From the sequence record DRR723986_2366: DNA of 39,882 nucleotides. One strand, given 5' to 3'. The position numbers and the translations under genes were made by a program. The notes beneath the pieces are model-generated. The model had not been told where the DNA came from. It was given only the letters and a program-made list of their open reading frames with translations, and ran no database searches. Shown piece after piece: positions 21,247 to 31,490 of the stretch; positions within the stretch are counted from its first letter, which is position 1, and each line of letters opens with the position of its first letter.

Positions 21247-21921
21247 ATGTTCAAACAAATGCTTTTGGCGCTGGGTTTGGTGGTATTTGCGGGCGCCGTG
21301 TCGGCGGCTGACGCACAGCGCGGGCCTCATGAAGTGGTGGCGGGTACCACGCAGGAATTGATGAAAGTGATTGAAGAGGCGCGAGAGTACGTTGCCGAAG
21401 ATCCGCAACGCTTTAACGACGAAGTGCGTCGAATTATGGATGAGGTTGTGGATTTCCAGAGCTTTGCTCGCGGGGTAATGGGCAAATACGGTAGTCGTGC
21501 GTATTACCAGAGCTTGCGAACCAAAGAGGAGCGCGAGCAATTTCGCGACAATGTGATTCGCTTTACCAAGAACTTCAAAGACGGTTTGATCAACACCTAC
21601 GCAAAGGGTCTGCTTGGTTTCAACGGCAACAAAATAGAAGTACTTCCGCTGCCTGCTGATGCGGATTTGTCCGGTAGCGTCGGCGTGCGCCAGCACATCT
21701 ACGGCGAGCGCGCTGAGCCCTATGAAGTTGTTTATACCCTTCGCCGTGGGCGCGACGGTAACTGGATGCTGCGCAACGTGATCATAGAGGGGCTGAATTT
21801 GGGGTTGATCTACCAAAACCAGTTCACTACCGCAGTGGCGACCTATGATGGCGACATTGATAAAGTGATCGACAACTGGACGGTTGCTCCGAGAGAGGTG
21901 ATGGAGCAGGCCGCCAAGTGA
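21247..21921 (+). CDS. mlaC: MlaC/Ttg2D phospholipid-binding periplasmic protein
   Basis: Signal peptide; VDFQSFARGVMGKY, F...L..TY, W...NVIIEG.NLG..YQNQF, IDKVIDNW. GGAG RBS before ATG 21247. Confidence 0.9.
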   Translation: MFKQMLLALGLVVFAGAVSAADAQRGPHEVVAGTTQELMKVIEEAREYVAEDPQRFNDEVRRIMDEVVDFQSFARGVMGKYGSRAYYQSLRTKEEREQFRDNVIRFTKNFKDGLINTYAKGLLGFNGNKIEVLPLPADADLSGSVGVRQHIYGERAEPYEVVYTLRRGRDGNWMLRNVIIEGLNLGLIYQNQFTTAVATYDGDIDKVIDNWTVAPREVMEQAAK

Positions 21922-21926
21922 AGACC

Positions 21927-21956
21927 TGCGGCGGTCTTCTCGCCAAGACCGCCGCA
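21927..21956. repeat. Perfect 12-bp inverted repeat between mlaC and ibaG
   Basis: TGCGGCGGTCTT-ctcgcc-AAGACCGCCGCA. Confidence 0.85.
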
Positions 21957-21968
21957 ATTGCGTACAAT
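21940..21968 (+). promoter_or_regulatory. Putative sigma70 promoter of ibaG-murA-hisGDC
   Basis: TCGCCA (21940-45), 17 bp, TACAAT (21963-68). Confidence 0.5.
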
Positions 21969-22006
21969 TCGTCGCCTAATTTTTGTATTTACGGAATACC
22001 TTAGGC

Positions 22007-22234
22007 ATGCAAGCAGAACAGATCCTGGCGCGACTCCGCGAACACTTCGCAGATGGTGTTTTTGAAGTGAGTGGGGAAGGTAATCATTACGATGTGCAAG
22101 TGATCAGCGATGCCTTTGCCGGTCTTCGCCCGGTGAAGCGTCAGCAGCTGGTATATGCCGCCGTGAACGACTGGATTAAAGACGGTTCTCTCCACGCTAT
22201 TAATATTAAGGCGCTGACCCCTGCCGAAGCCTGA
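22007..22234 (+). CDS. ibaG: BolA-family protein IbaG/YrbA
   Basis: VISDAFAGLRPVKRQQLVY and GSLHAINIKALTP; precedes murA. Confidence 0.93.
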   Translation: MQAEQILARLREHFADGVFEVSGEGNHYDVQVISDAFAGLRPVKRQQLVYAAVNDWIKDGSLHAINIKALTPAEA

Positions 22235-22245
22235 TGGGCAAATAG

Positions 22246-23535
<1,290 letters not shown>

Positions 23536-23598
23536 AAAATATTAGTCTGGCCATTGCCGCAAGTATTGGCGGTAAAGCCTAATTCGGGAGTTGTAAGC

Positions 23599-24246
23599 GT
23601 GGATCAGCCAATTACCATAGCGCTAACGAAGGGGCGTATTCTCAAAGAGACGCTGCCTCTTTTGGCGGAGGCGGGTATTGAACCGCTGGAGGATATTTCC
23701 AGTAGCAGAAAGTTGATCTTCGCGACAAATCATCCCCATATTCAATTGATCGTGATTCGAGGTACGGACGTACCCACATACGTAAAGCTGGGCTCGGCTG
23801 ATATCGGCATTGCCGGTAAAGATATGCTGCTCGAGTTAGGGGCTGAGGACATGTATGAGCCTCTGGATCTGAACATCGCGCGGTGCAAGCTAATGACCGC
23901 TGGGCGGGTGGGCGAGCCGCTGCCTCAAGGGCGCGTGCGCGTTGCGACAAAGTTTGTAAACGTTGCGCGCCGCCACTTTGCCGAGCGCGGTATTCAAGTG
24001 GAATTGATCAAGCTTTACGGTGCCATGGAGCTGGCGCCTCTGATGGATCTTGCCGATCTAATCGTCGATATCGTTGATACTGGTAATACCTTGCGAGCGA
24101 ACGGTATGGAGCCCCTGGAACTGATCTCCCCAGTGAGTTCGCGGTTAGTGGTGAACCGGGCGGCAATGAAGCGCAAGCACGCGGTCATTCAGGGCATTAT
24201 CAACGATTTGGAAAAGGCAGTTAGCGCACGAGCCGCGGAGGCCTGA
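23599..24246 (+). CDS. hisG: ATP phosphoribosyltransferase, short form (HisZ-dependent)
   Basis: [43 protein letters not shown]; about 215 aa without the regulatory domain. GTG at 23599 with GGGAG RBS. Confidence 0.96.
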   Translation: MDQPITIALTKGRILKETLPLLAEAGIEPLEDISSSRKLIFATNHPHIQLIVIRGTDVPTYVKLGSADIGIAGKDMLLELGAEDMYEPLDLNIARCKLMTAGRVGEPLPQGRVRVATKFVNVARRHFAERGIQVELIKLYGAMELAPLMDLADLIVDIVDTGNTLRANGMEPLELISPVSSRLVVNRAAMKRKHAVIQGIINDLEKAVSARAAEA

Positions 24247-24248
24247 AA

Positions 24249-25571
24249 ATGAGCAAGGCAGTGATCAACAGAATGAGCCGCAGCGCGCCGGACTTTGATG
24301 CCCGGCTCGATGCTTTGCTCGCCTGGGACTCTGTGTCGGATGCGGGCGTAGTGAGTACGGTCGCCGGTGTGCTGGGCGATATACGTGAGCACGGCGACTC
24401 GGCGCTGCTGGACTACACGCGCCGTTTCGATAACGTGGAAGCGGCGTCAGTTGCCGAGCTGGAGTTCAGCCAGCAACAGTTGCACGCGGCATTGCAGCGT
24501 ATTGATGCACAGCAGCGGCAGGCTCTGGAGCGGGCGGCGGAGCGAATTCGTTTGTACCATGAGCATCAGCGCCAGGAGTCGTGGCAATATCAAGAGGCTG
24601 ATGGAACGGTGCTTGGCCAGCAAGTGCGGCCTATGGATCGCGTGGGTTTGTATGTGCCGGGTGGCAAGGCAACCTATCCCTCGTCAGTATTAATGAATGC
24701 AATTCCAGCCAAAGTGGCTGGGGTGGCTGAGTTGGTTGCCGTGTCCCCCACGCCGGGTGGTCAGGTGAATGATATGGTCTTGGCCGCTGCTGCCATTGCC
24801 GGGGTGGATCGGTTGTTTGCGATAGGTGGCGCGCAGGCGGTTGCGGCACTTGCCTATGGTACCGAAACCATTCCCAAGGTGGATAAGATCGTCGGGCCTG
24901 GCAATATCTATGTCGCCACGGCAAAGCGGCAAGTGTTTGGTAGCGTGGGCTTGGACATGATCGCGGGCCCCTCCGAGATACTGGTCGTTTGTGATGGCAA
25001 AACCGATCCCGACTGGATCGCCATGGATTTGTTCTCGCAGGCCGAACACGACGAAGACGCGCAATCATTATTGATATCGCCCAGCACGGAATATCTGGAT
25101 CAAGTGGCGGCAAGCATCGGCCGACTTTTACCGACAATGGAGCGCGAGGATATGATCCGGCGTTCGCTGAGTGAGCGCGGAGCGCTGATCGCTGTGGCGG
25201 ATATGTCGGAAGCTATCGAGCTGGTGAACCGCATTGCGCCGGAGCACTTAGAGCTATCCGTTGACGAGCCCGAGCAATATTTACCGCAGATCCGTCATGC
25301 AGGAGCGATCTTTCTCGGCAGGCACACCCCGGAAGCCTTGGGGGATTACTGCGCAGGACCTAATCACGTGCTGCCGACGTCAGGCACTGCGCGTTTTTCA
25401 TCGCCGCTTGGCGTGTATGACTTCCAAAAACGCTCCTCGGTGATTAACTGCTCTCCCGCCGGCGCTGCTGTGCTCGCTGAAACCGCGTCGGTGTTGGCGC
25501 GTGGTGAATCGCTGACGGCACACGCGCGAAGTGCCGAGTATCGACTCCGGGATGGGGGTGGCGATGAGTAG
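24249..25571 (+). CDS. hisD: Histidinol dehydrogenase
   Basis: [45 protein letters not shown]. Confidence 0.98.
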   Translation: MSKAVINRMSRSAPDFDARLDALLAWDSVSDAGVVSTVAGVLGDIREHGDSALLDYTRRFDNVEAASVAELEFSQQQLHAALQRIDAQQRQALERAAERIRLYHEHQRQESWQYQEADGTVLGQQVRPMDRVGLYVPGGKATYPSSVLMNAIPAKVAGVAELVAVSPTPGGQVNDMVLAAAAIAGVDRLFAIGGAQAVAALAYGTETIPKVDKIVGPGNIYVATAKRQVFGSVGLDMIAGPSEILVVCDGKTDPDWIAMDLFSQAEHDEDAQSLLISPSTEYLDQVAASIGRLLPTMEREDMIRRSLSERGALIAVADMSEAIELVNRIAPEHLELSVDEPEQYLPQIRHAGAIFLGRHTPEALGDYCAGPNHVLPTSGTARFSSPLGVYDFQKRSSVINCSPAGAAVLAETASVLARGESLTAHARSAEYRLRDGGGDE

Positions 25572-26625
25572 GTTTTGGAGCCCTCGCGTCAAAGAGCTCG
25601 AGCCATACGTGCCGGGCGAGCAGCCCAAGTTGAGCAAGTTGACGAAGCTCAATACCAACGAGAATCCCTTCCCACCGTCGCCTAAGGCTATCGAGGCAAT
25701 GCAAGCGGCACTGGGTGATGATTTGCGGTTGTACCCGGACCCAAATGCGGACAGCTTGCGGGCGGCGATTGCTAATTATTATGGCGTTGAAGCCAAGCAA
25801 GTGTTCGTGGGGAATGGCTCCGACGAGGTGCTGGCTCATATTTTTAATGGTCTATTCCAACACGGCCGCCCGCTGCTCTTTCCCGATATCAGCTATAGCT
25901 TTTACCCCGTGTATTGCCAGCTGTATAACATTCCTTTTGAGCGCATCCCGTTAACGGACGATTTTGCGATAGATGTCAGTGACTACACCGGCATCAATGG
26001 TGGCATTATTTTCCCTAACCCCAATGCCCCCACTGGACGCTTGCTGCCCTTGGATGAAATTCGTCGTTTGCTGGCGGTGAACAACGAAACCGTTGTGGTT
26101 GTTGATGAGGCGTATATCGACTTTGGTGGCGAGTCGGCGGTCGGCTTGGTGAATGAATATCCCAATTTGCTGGTAACGCAAACCTTCTCCAAGTCGCGCT
26201 CCTTGGCGGGCCTGCGAGTGGGTTTGGCGATTGGTTCAGCAGAGCTGATTGACGCTTTGGATAGGATAAAAAACAGCTTCAATTCCTATCCATTGGACCG
26301 TTTGGCATTAGCGGGGGCGGAAGCGGCGATTAACGATCGCGAGTACTTTGCGCAGTGCTGTGATGCGGTGATTGCCGAACGTGAGCGCTTGCGCGCTGAG
26401 CTCAGCCAGCGTGGGTTTGAGTCGCTGCCCTCTGCGGCGAATTTTTTGTTCACGCGCCACCGGACGCTGGCAGCCGCGGATATTGCCGCGGCCCTGCGAG
26501 AGGATGGGGTGATTGTGCGGCACTTCAAGCAGCCGCGTATCGATAATTATCTGCGTATTACCGTGGGCACTGCCGAGCAGCATGCTCAGTTGTTGGCGTC
26601 TTTCGACGCTCGCTTTCCCCGCTAG
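25564..26625 (+). CDS. hisC: Histidinol-phosphate aminotransferase
   Basis: [47 protein letters not shown]. Confidence 0.97.
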   Translation: MSRFWSPRVKELEPYVPGEQPKLSKLTKLNTNENPFPPSPKAIEAMQAALGDDLRLYPDPNADSLRAAIANYYGVEAKQVFVGNGSDEVLAHIFNGLFQHGRPLLFPDISYSFYPVYCQLYNIPFERIPLTDDFAIDVSDYTGINGGIIFPNPNAPTGRLLPLDEIRRLLAVNNETVVVVDEAYIDFGGESAVGLVNEYPNLLVTQTFSKSRSLAGLRVGLAIGSAELIDALDRIKNSFNSYPLDRLALAGAEAAINDREYFAQCCDAVIAERERLRAELSQRGFESLPSAANFLFTRHRTLAAADIAAALREDGVIVRHFKQPRIDNYLRITVGTAEQHAQLLASFDARFPR

Positions 26626-27677
26626 CCGCCCTGTTGCTCAGGGCGCATCGTAACTTTAGTGGTTACCGAGAATGGTTTGTTGCTGCGCAGCAGGCCTAGT
26701 CGAACGGTTTCGCCAGGGCGGGTGTCGGTGATGAGTCTCATCCCGGCGTGGCCGTCGCCAACTTTCTCGCCGTTGATCTCCGTTAAAATATCACCCAGTT
26801 GAAGACCCGCGGTGGCCGCTGGACCATTCCTGGCCAGGCCAGTGATAACCACGCCATTGGTGCCTGTGCCCAGAGGCTGAACTTCAATCCCCAGCCAGCC
26901 GCGTACCGGCCGTCCGTAGCGGATGAGATCGTTCATCGTGCGCAGCGCAAGGTCGGTGGGTATCGCAAGGCCAATACCTGTGGAGCCGCCACTCTGGGTA
27001 TAGATCGCCGTGTTAATGCCCAGAAGCTTGCCGTCGCGGTCGATCAATGCACCGCCGGAGTTGCCGGGGTTGATCGCGGCGTCGGTTTGAATAAAGTTTT
27101 CGAACTGGCTCAAACCCAGCCCATAGCGTCCCGTTGCGCTGATGATCCCCTGAGTTACGGTTTGGCCAAAGCCGTAGGGGTTGCCAATGGCCAGCACAAT
27201 ATTGCCAACCCGCGCCTGCTCTGGCTGCCCGGCTTGGATCGCGGTTAGGTTTTCCAGGTCGATCTTGAGTACCGCCAGATCGGTGTCGGAATCACTGCCG
27301 ATCACGCTGGCCAGCGCTTGGCGGCCGTCTTGCAGCATCACCAAAATTTCGTCGGCATCTTTAATAACGTGAAAGTTAGTGAGCAGATAGCCGCGCTTGT
27401 CGACGATAACCGCCGAGCCAAGGCTGCGCTCCAAGTGTTGCCGTGCCCTGCCGCTGCGGTTAAAGAAGTGCTTGAACAGGGGGTCGTTGGCAAGAGGGTG
27501 GCGCTGCTGTACCACTTTGGTGGTGTAGATGTTGACGACCGCAGGTGCTGCCTTCTCCACGGCTGCTGAAAAATCGCCAGGTGCTGCGCCGCCTGGCTGA
27601 TAAGAGAGGATGAAGAGCCCGAGTAGCAATCCGCAGATACTCGGCCAGAAAAGCGTTTTCAGAAAGTGCAGTTTCAC
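26622..27677 (-). CDS. algW: HtrA-family serine protease AlgW/DegS
   Basis: TM anchor, [34 protein letters not shown], single PDZ domain; Pseudomonas-type position after hisC. Confidence 0.88.
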   Translation of the reverse strand: MKLHFLKTLFWPSICGLLLGLFILSYQPGGAAPGDFSAAVEKAAPAVVNIYTTKVVQQRHPLANDPLFKHFFNRSGRARQHLERSLGSAVIVDKRGYLLTNFHVIKDADEILVMLQDGRQALASVIGSDSDTDLAVLKIDLENLTAIQAGQPEQARVGNIVLAIGNPYGFGQTVTQGIISATGRYGLGLSQFENFIQTDAAINPGNSGGALIDRDGKLLGINTAIYTQSGGSTGIGLAIPTDLALRTMNDLIRYGRPVRGWLGIEVQPLGTGTNGVVITGLARNGPAATAGLQLGDILTEINGEKVGDGHAGMRLITDTRPGETVRLGLLRSNKPFSVTTKVTMRPEQQGG

Positions 27678-27747
27678 CGCAGCGCCTCAATTTTCAGCAG
27701 CATAATCGTTAGCCGGGAGCAGGCTGTGGTTCTGGCGTCCGGCGGGG

Positions 27748-27764
27748 CGTGATAGCCTATCACG
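27748..27764. promoter_or_regulatory. 17-bp palindrome in the algW/nif3 divergent spacer
   Basis: CGTGATAG-C-CTATCACG. Confidence 0.45.
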
Positions 27765-27798
27765 AATGTGAACGATTCCGAATTAACAAGGGGGAAAT

Positions 27799-28572
27799 GT
27801 GGCGACGAGTTTGCAGGAGACGAGTTTGCAAGAGTTGGTGGCGGAGGCGAACGCTATCATGGAACCTGAGGCATTTACGGACTACTGCCCGAACGGCCTG
27901 CAAGTAGAAGGGCGGGCTGAGGTGCGGCGTATCGTTAGTGGCGTGACGGCCAGTCAGGCGATGATTGATGCTGCTGTGGACGCAGGCGCTGATGTCCTGC
28001 TGGTTCACCACGGTTTTTTTTGGCGCGGAGAGGACCCCTGCGTCAAAGGTATGAAGCGCCGGCGCCTCCAGCGTCTGTTAGAGAGCGGCGTTAGCCTTGT
28101 TGCCTACCACCTGCCTTTGGATGCCCACCCGGTGCTGGGTAATAACGCTCAGTTGGCAAAAGAGCTGGGGTTTGTGGTGGAGTCGGGGTTGGATGGTTCG
28201 GCCAGGCCGGTCGGCAATGTGGGGCGTTTGAGTGAGCCGATGGCCGCGCGCGACTTTGCTGCCAAAGTGGCCAGCGTTTTGGGGAGAGAGCCACTGCTGG
28301 AGGAGGTGGGGGAGCACCCCATTCACCGAATTGCCTGGTGTACCGGCGCGGCGCAATCGTATATTGATCGTGCGGCAGAGTTGGGGGTAGATGCCTACCT
28401 GAGTGGCGAGGTATCGGAGCCGACCATTCACAGCGCAAGGGAGCAGGGGCTGCACTACATTGCGGCGGGCCACCATGCCACCGAGCGCTACGGCGTGCGC
28501 GCGCTTGGCGCCAAACTAGCGGAGACGCTGGGAATCGATCATCAGTTTATCGATGTTGATAACCCAGCGTAA
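27799..28572 (+). CDS. Nif3-like dinuclear metal centre protein (YbgI family)
   Basis: DYCPNGLQVEG, VHHG, YHLPLDAHP..GNN, AGHHATERYG, DVDNPA. Confidence 0.95.
   Translation: MATSLQETSLQELVAEANAIMEPEAFTDYCPNGLQVEGRAEVRRIVSGVTASQAMIDAAVDAGADVLLVHHGFFWRGEDPCVKGMKRRRLQRLLESGVSLVAYHLPLDAHPVLGNNAQLAKELGFVVESGLDGSARPVGNVGRLSEPMAARDFAAKVASVLGREPLLEEVGEHPIHRIAWCTGAAQSYIDRAAELGVDAYLSGEVSEPTIHSAREQGLHYIAAGHHATERYGVRALGAKLAETLGIDHQFIDVDNPA
27805..27834 (+). repeat. 15-bp tandem duplication at the 5' end of the nif3 gene
   Basis: ACGAGTTTGCAGGAG / ACGAGTTTGCAAGAG (14/15 identical), encoding TSLQE-TSLQE. Confidence 0.85.
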
Positions 28573-28578
28573 GCGGGA

Positions 28579-29055
28579 TTAGGCGTGGGGCGCCACCGGC
28601 GGTTTAGGTTCCTGTTCGGATTCTGAGTCCTTGTCCAGGCCAAACTCTTCATGGAGGGCGCCCTTGCTGCCCGGTTGGCGCGGCGCATAGTCCAGTGGCT
28701 GCTGAGAAGGTTTGCCGGCAGCGGGGTTGCCCTCGAGTACGGGGCGGCCCTCGGGAAGGGTTTGCAGGGGACTGATGCCCGTGCTGTGCAGGTCGCGTGC
28801 GCCACTGGCGATGTGGTTGTGAACATTGCGGTAGCTTTCAGCAAGGTCGTTGAGTAGCTCTGCGGTGCGGTCAAAGTGGCCGCTGACTTCTTGCTGGTAG
28901 TCCTGTTGCTGCTTTTGCATGTCATTAAACTGCTTTTCCAAGGCAGCGCGACTCTGCTGTTCTGGCCTGATGCGGCTGAGCATAAAGTAGCCTGCGGCAC
29001 TGCCTATCAGCAGGCAGATAATGGCTACGGCGATCAGGGTGCTCAATTCGTACAC
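28579..29055 (-). CDS. zapG: ZapG/YhcB (DUF1043) membrane protein
   Basis: N-terminal TM, YQQEVSGHFDRTAELL..L..SYRNVHNHIA.GA, PLDYAP. GTG at 29055 with AAGGAGG RBS. Confidence 0.93.
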   Translation of the reverse strand: MYELSTLIAVAIICLLIGSAAGYFMLSRIRPEQQSRAALEKQFNDMQKQQQDYQQEVSGHFDRTAELLNDLAESYRNVHNHIASGARDLHSTGISPLQTLPEGRPVLEGNPAAGKPSQQPLDYAPRQPGSKGALHEEFGLDKDSESEQEPKPPVAPHA

Positions 29056-29144
29056 AGTGTTTCCTCCTTGCTCACGACATGTTGCCGTGTTTCGCCACAG
29101 TATAACTGGCTCGGATGATTGGGGCAGCCAGCTGAAGCGAAAAA

Positions 29145-29173
29145 TTGCCAATTGGCATTGCGCTGGGTAAAGT
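29145..29173 (+). promoter_or_regulatory. Putative sigma70 promoter of zapE
   Basis: TTGCCA (29145-50), 17 bp, TAAAGT (29168-73); overlapped by the palindrome TGCCAATTGGCA. Confidence 0.6.
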
Positions 29174-29201
29174 TGCCGCCGTCAAAACTAGGGAGAGCAG
29201 T

Positions 29202-30308
29202 ATGTCTTCACCTCTACAGCGCTATCAGAGAGATATTGAGTCGGGCGGGTTTTCCCATGACCAAGCTCAGGCGCATGCTGTTGCATGTTTGCAGCGTTTG
29301 TACGAGGAGCTGATTGCTGCACCGCCGACAACTCAGGGGCGCGGTTTGGCGGGAGTATTTGCCAGGTTTCGCAAAGCGCCGCCGGTTGCCTCCATTAAAG
29401 GGCTCTATTTTTGGGGTGGAGTGGGGCGCGGCAAAACGTATTTAATGGACACGTTTTACGACACTCTGCCGTTTGACGATAAGCTGCGTGCGCACTTTCA
29501 TCGATTTATGCAGCGCGTTCATCGCGAGCTAAAGGACCTTGCCGGGGAGAAAAACCCCCTGGTTATGGTGGCAGACCGCATAGCGGATGAGGCGAGGGTT
29601 ATCTGCTTTGACGAGTTTTTTGTCTCCGATATCACCGATGCCATGATTCTCGCAGGCTTGTTCGAACGCTTGTTTGAGCGCGGCGTGGTGCTGGTTGCCA
29701 CCTCAAATATTGTTCCCGACCAATTATACAAAGATGGCTTGCAACGGGCGCGCTTTCTGCCGGCTATCGCCTTGATTCAAGAAAATGTTGAGGTTGTGAA
29801 TGTCGATGGTGGGGTGGACTACCGTCTGCGTGCCCTCGAACAGGCAGAGTTGTACCACAGCCCCCTGGACGACCAGGCGGAGGCCAGCTTGCAGCGCAGC
29901 TTCACCAGTTTGGCGCCGGAGGCACCCGAGGCGAATGTTGCGCTGGATATAGAGGGGCGAAATATTGTCGCCAAGCAAGTGGCTGACGACGTGGCGTGGT
30001 TTGAATTCGATGAGCTGTGTGATGGCCCCAGAAGTCAGTACGACTATATCGAACTGGCGAGAATCTTCCATGCCGTGGTGATTGGCAATGTGCCAATATT
30101 GGGCGCCGGAAGAGATGACCAGGCGCGACGTTTTATAAATTTGGTCGATGAGTTTTACGACCGCAATGTAAAACTGGTATTGTCTGCAGCCGCACCGTTG
30201 GCGTCGCTGTATGCTGGCGGACGATTAGATTTTGAATTTGAGCGTACCCAGAGCCGTTTGCTCGAAATGCAGTCCAAGGAATATCTGGCGCGAGAGCACC
30301 GCCCATAG
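29202..30308 (+). CDS. zapE: Cell division ATPase ZapE (AFG1 family)
   Basis: GLYFWGGVGRGKTYLMD, HFHRFM, CFDEFFVSDITDAM, ARRFINLVDEFYD, RTQSRLLEMQS. Confidence 0.97.
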   Translation: MSSPLQRYQRDIESGGFSHDQAQAHAVACLQRLYEELIAAPPTTQGRGLAGVFARFRKAPPVASIKGLYFWGGVGRGKTYLMDTFYDTLPFDDKLRAHFHRFMQRVHRELKDLAGEKNPLVMVADRIADEARVICFDEFFVSDITDAMILAGLFERLFERGVVLVATSNIVPDQLYKDGLQRARFLPAIALIQENVEVVNVDGGVDYRLRALEQAELYHSPLDDQAEASLQRSFTSLAPEAPEANVALDIEGRNIVAKQVADDVAWFEFDELCDGPRSQYDYIELARIFHAVVIGNVPILGAGRDDQARRFINLVDEFYDRNVKLVLSAAAPLASLYAGGRLDFEFERTQSRLLEMQSKEYLAREHRP

Positions 30309-30356
30309 TGGCGGCTTGCTCTCGCGGTGTTTGTTTAAGAAAGCTGTGTTTTTAGC

Positions 30357-30391
30357 TTGAAAATCATTTGGCGCTTATGTAGTATTCGCGC
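30357..30391 (+). promoter_or_regulatory. Sigma70 promoter of rplM-rpsI with GC-rich discriminator
   Basis: TTGAAA (30357-62), 17 bp, TAGTAT (30380-85), then TCGCGC. Confidence 0.72.
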
Positions 30392-30425
30392 TCTTTGTTC
30401 GGTACGGTCCCCATAGGCGAGATTC

Positions 30426-30854
30426 ATGAAAACCTTTAGTGCAAAACCCAACGATGTCACTCGCGACTGGTTCGTGGTTGACGCCGCCGACAAAACATTG
30501 GGTCGTCTGGCCAGTGAGATTGCGCATCGCTTGCGCGGTAAGCATAAGCCTGAGTACACGCCTCATGTCGATACCGGCGACTACATTGTTGTTGTCAACG
30601 CGGAGAAAGTTCGCGTAACTGGCAAGAAAACGACAGACAAGATTTACCATCATCACACTGGCTACCCCGGTGGTTTGAAGTCAATCAGCTTCGAAAAGCT
30701 GATCGATAAAGCCCCCGAGCGAGTTATTCAGGGTGCGGTTAAAGGCATGCTGCCTAAAAACCCCCTGGGTCGAGCTATGTTCAAGAAACTGAAAGTTTAT
30801 GCTGGCGCTGAGCATCCTCACACTGCCCAACAGCCCATCGAACTGAATATTTAA
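30426..30854 (+). CDS. rplM: 50S ribosomal protein L13
   Basis: [35 protein letters not shown]. Confidence 0.99.
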   Translation: MKTFSAKPNDVTRDWFVVDAADKTLGRLASEIAHRLRGKHKPEYTPHVDTGDYIVVVNAEKVRVTGKKTTDKIYHHHTGYPGGLKSISFEKLIDKAPERVIQGAVKGMLPKNPLGRAMFKKLKVYAGAEHPHTAQQPIELNI

Positions 30855-30866
30855 CGGAAGCGTACT

Positions 30867-31259
30867 ATGTCAGCCACTCAATATTACGGCACTGGTCGCC
30901 GTAAAACTTCTTCAGCTCGCGTCTTTCTGAAGGCGGGAAGCGGTAAAATTTCGATCAATGACCGTGAGCTAGATCAATACTTTGGTCGTGAAGTTGCTCG
31001 TATGATCGTTCGTCAGCCTCTGGAGCTGGTCGATATGGTTGAGAAGTTTGATATCAAAGTAAACGTCAGCGGTGGCGGCAGCTTTGGTCAGGCCGGTGCG
31101 ATTCGTCACGGTATTACACGTGCGCTGATGCAGTATGACGAAGCCTTGCGTGGTGACCTGCGTAAAGCCGGTTACGTGACTCGTGATGCTCGTGAAGTTG
31201 AGCGTAAGAAGGTTGGTCTGCGTAAAGCGCGTAGAAAACCACAGTTCTCCAAGCGTTAA
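30867..31259 (+). CDS. rpsI: 30S ribosomal protein S9
   Basis: [33 protein letters not shown]. Confidence 0.99.
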   Translation: MSATQYYGTGRRKTSSARVFLKAGSGKISINDRELDQYFGREVARMIVRQPLELVDMVEKFDIKVNVSGGGSFGQAGAIRHGITRALMQYDEALRGDLRKAGYVTRDAREVERKKVGLRKARRKPQFSKR

Positions 31260-31302
31260 CCACTGCGGCCGAATGGCCGGAAGGCGCTTTGGCGGCTATC
31301 GG

Positions 31303-31339
31303 AAAACGCCCAACAGAAAAACTGTGGGCGTTTTTTTTT
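31303..31339 (+). terminator. Intrinsic terminator of rplM-rpsI
   Basis: AAAACGCCCA-a-CAG-aaaaa-CTG-TGGGCG followed by T9. Confidence 0.9.
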
Positions 31340-31382
31340 GCCCGTTTGAGAGGCGGGATAATGCTGGCGAGCAGGGAATTGA

Positions 31383-31411
31383 TTGTCAGTCCGGGCCAAG
31401 TTCATTAGTAT
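31383..31411 (+). promoter_or_regulatory. Putative sigma70 promoter of the pet operon
   Basis: TTGTCA (31383-88), 17 bp, TAGTAT (31406-11). Confidence 0.68.
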
Positions 31412-31490
31412 TTGGCCCACTTGAAATTAGCTGTCGCTCCCTTATTGGGGCGGTTTAGTCTGATTATTCGTATGTTATGGGGGAAACGTC

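Noticed and set aside
21226-21957. 243-aa antisense ORF over mlaC
   Set aside because: Mirrors mlaC; no protein-family features. It is not a remnant of the missing mla genes, which would be on the plus strand.
29136-29151. Sigma54 site for zapG (TTGGCAATTTTTCGC on the minus strand)
   Set aside because: Spacing is GG-N9-GC, not the required N10.
31260-31302. tRNA or sRNA after rpsI
   Set aside because: Only a small CGGCC-GAAT-GGCCG hairpin before the terminator; no cloverleaf or T-loop motif.
31379-31392. FNR/Anr box at the pet promoter
   Set aside because: Only the TTGAT half-site is present; the second half reads AGTCC instead of ATCAA.
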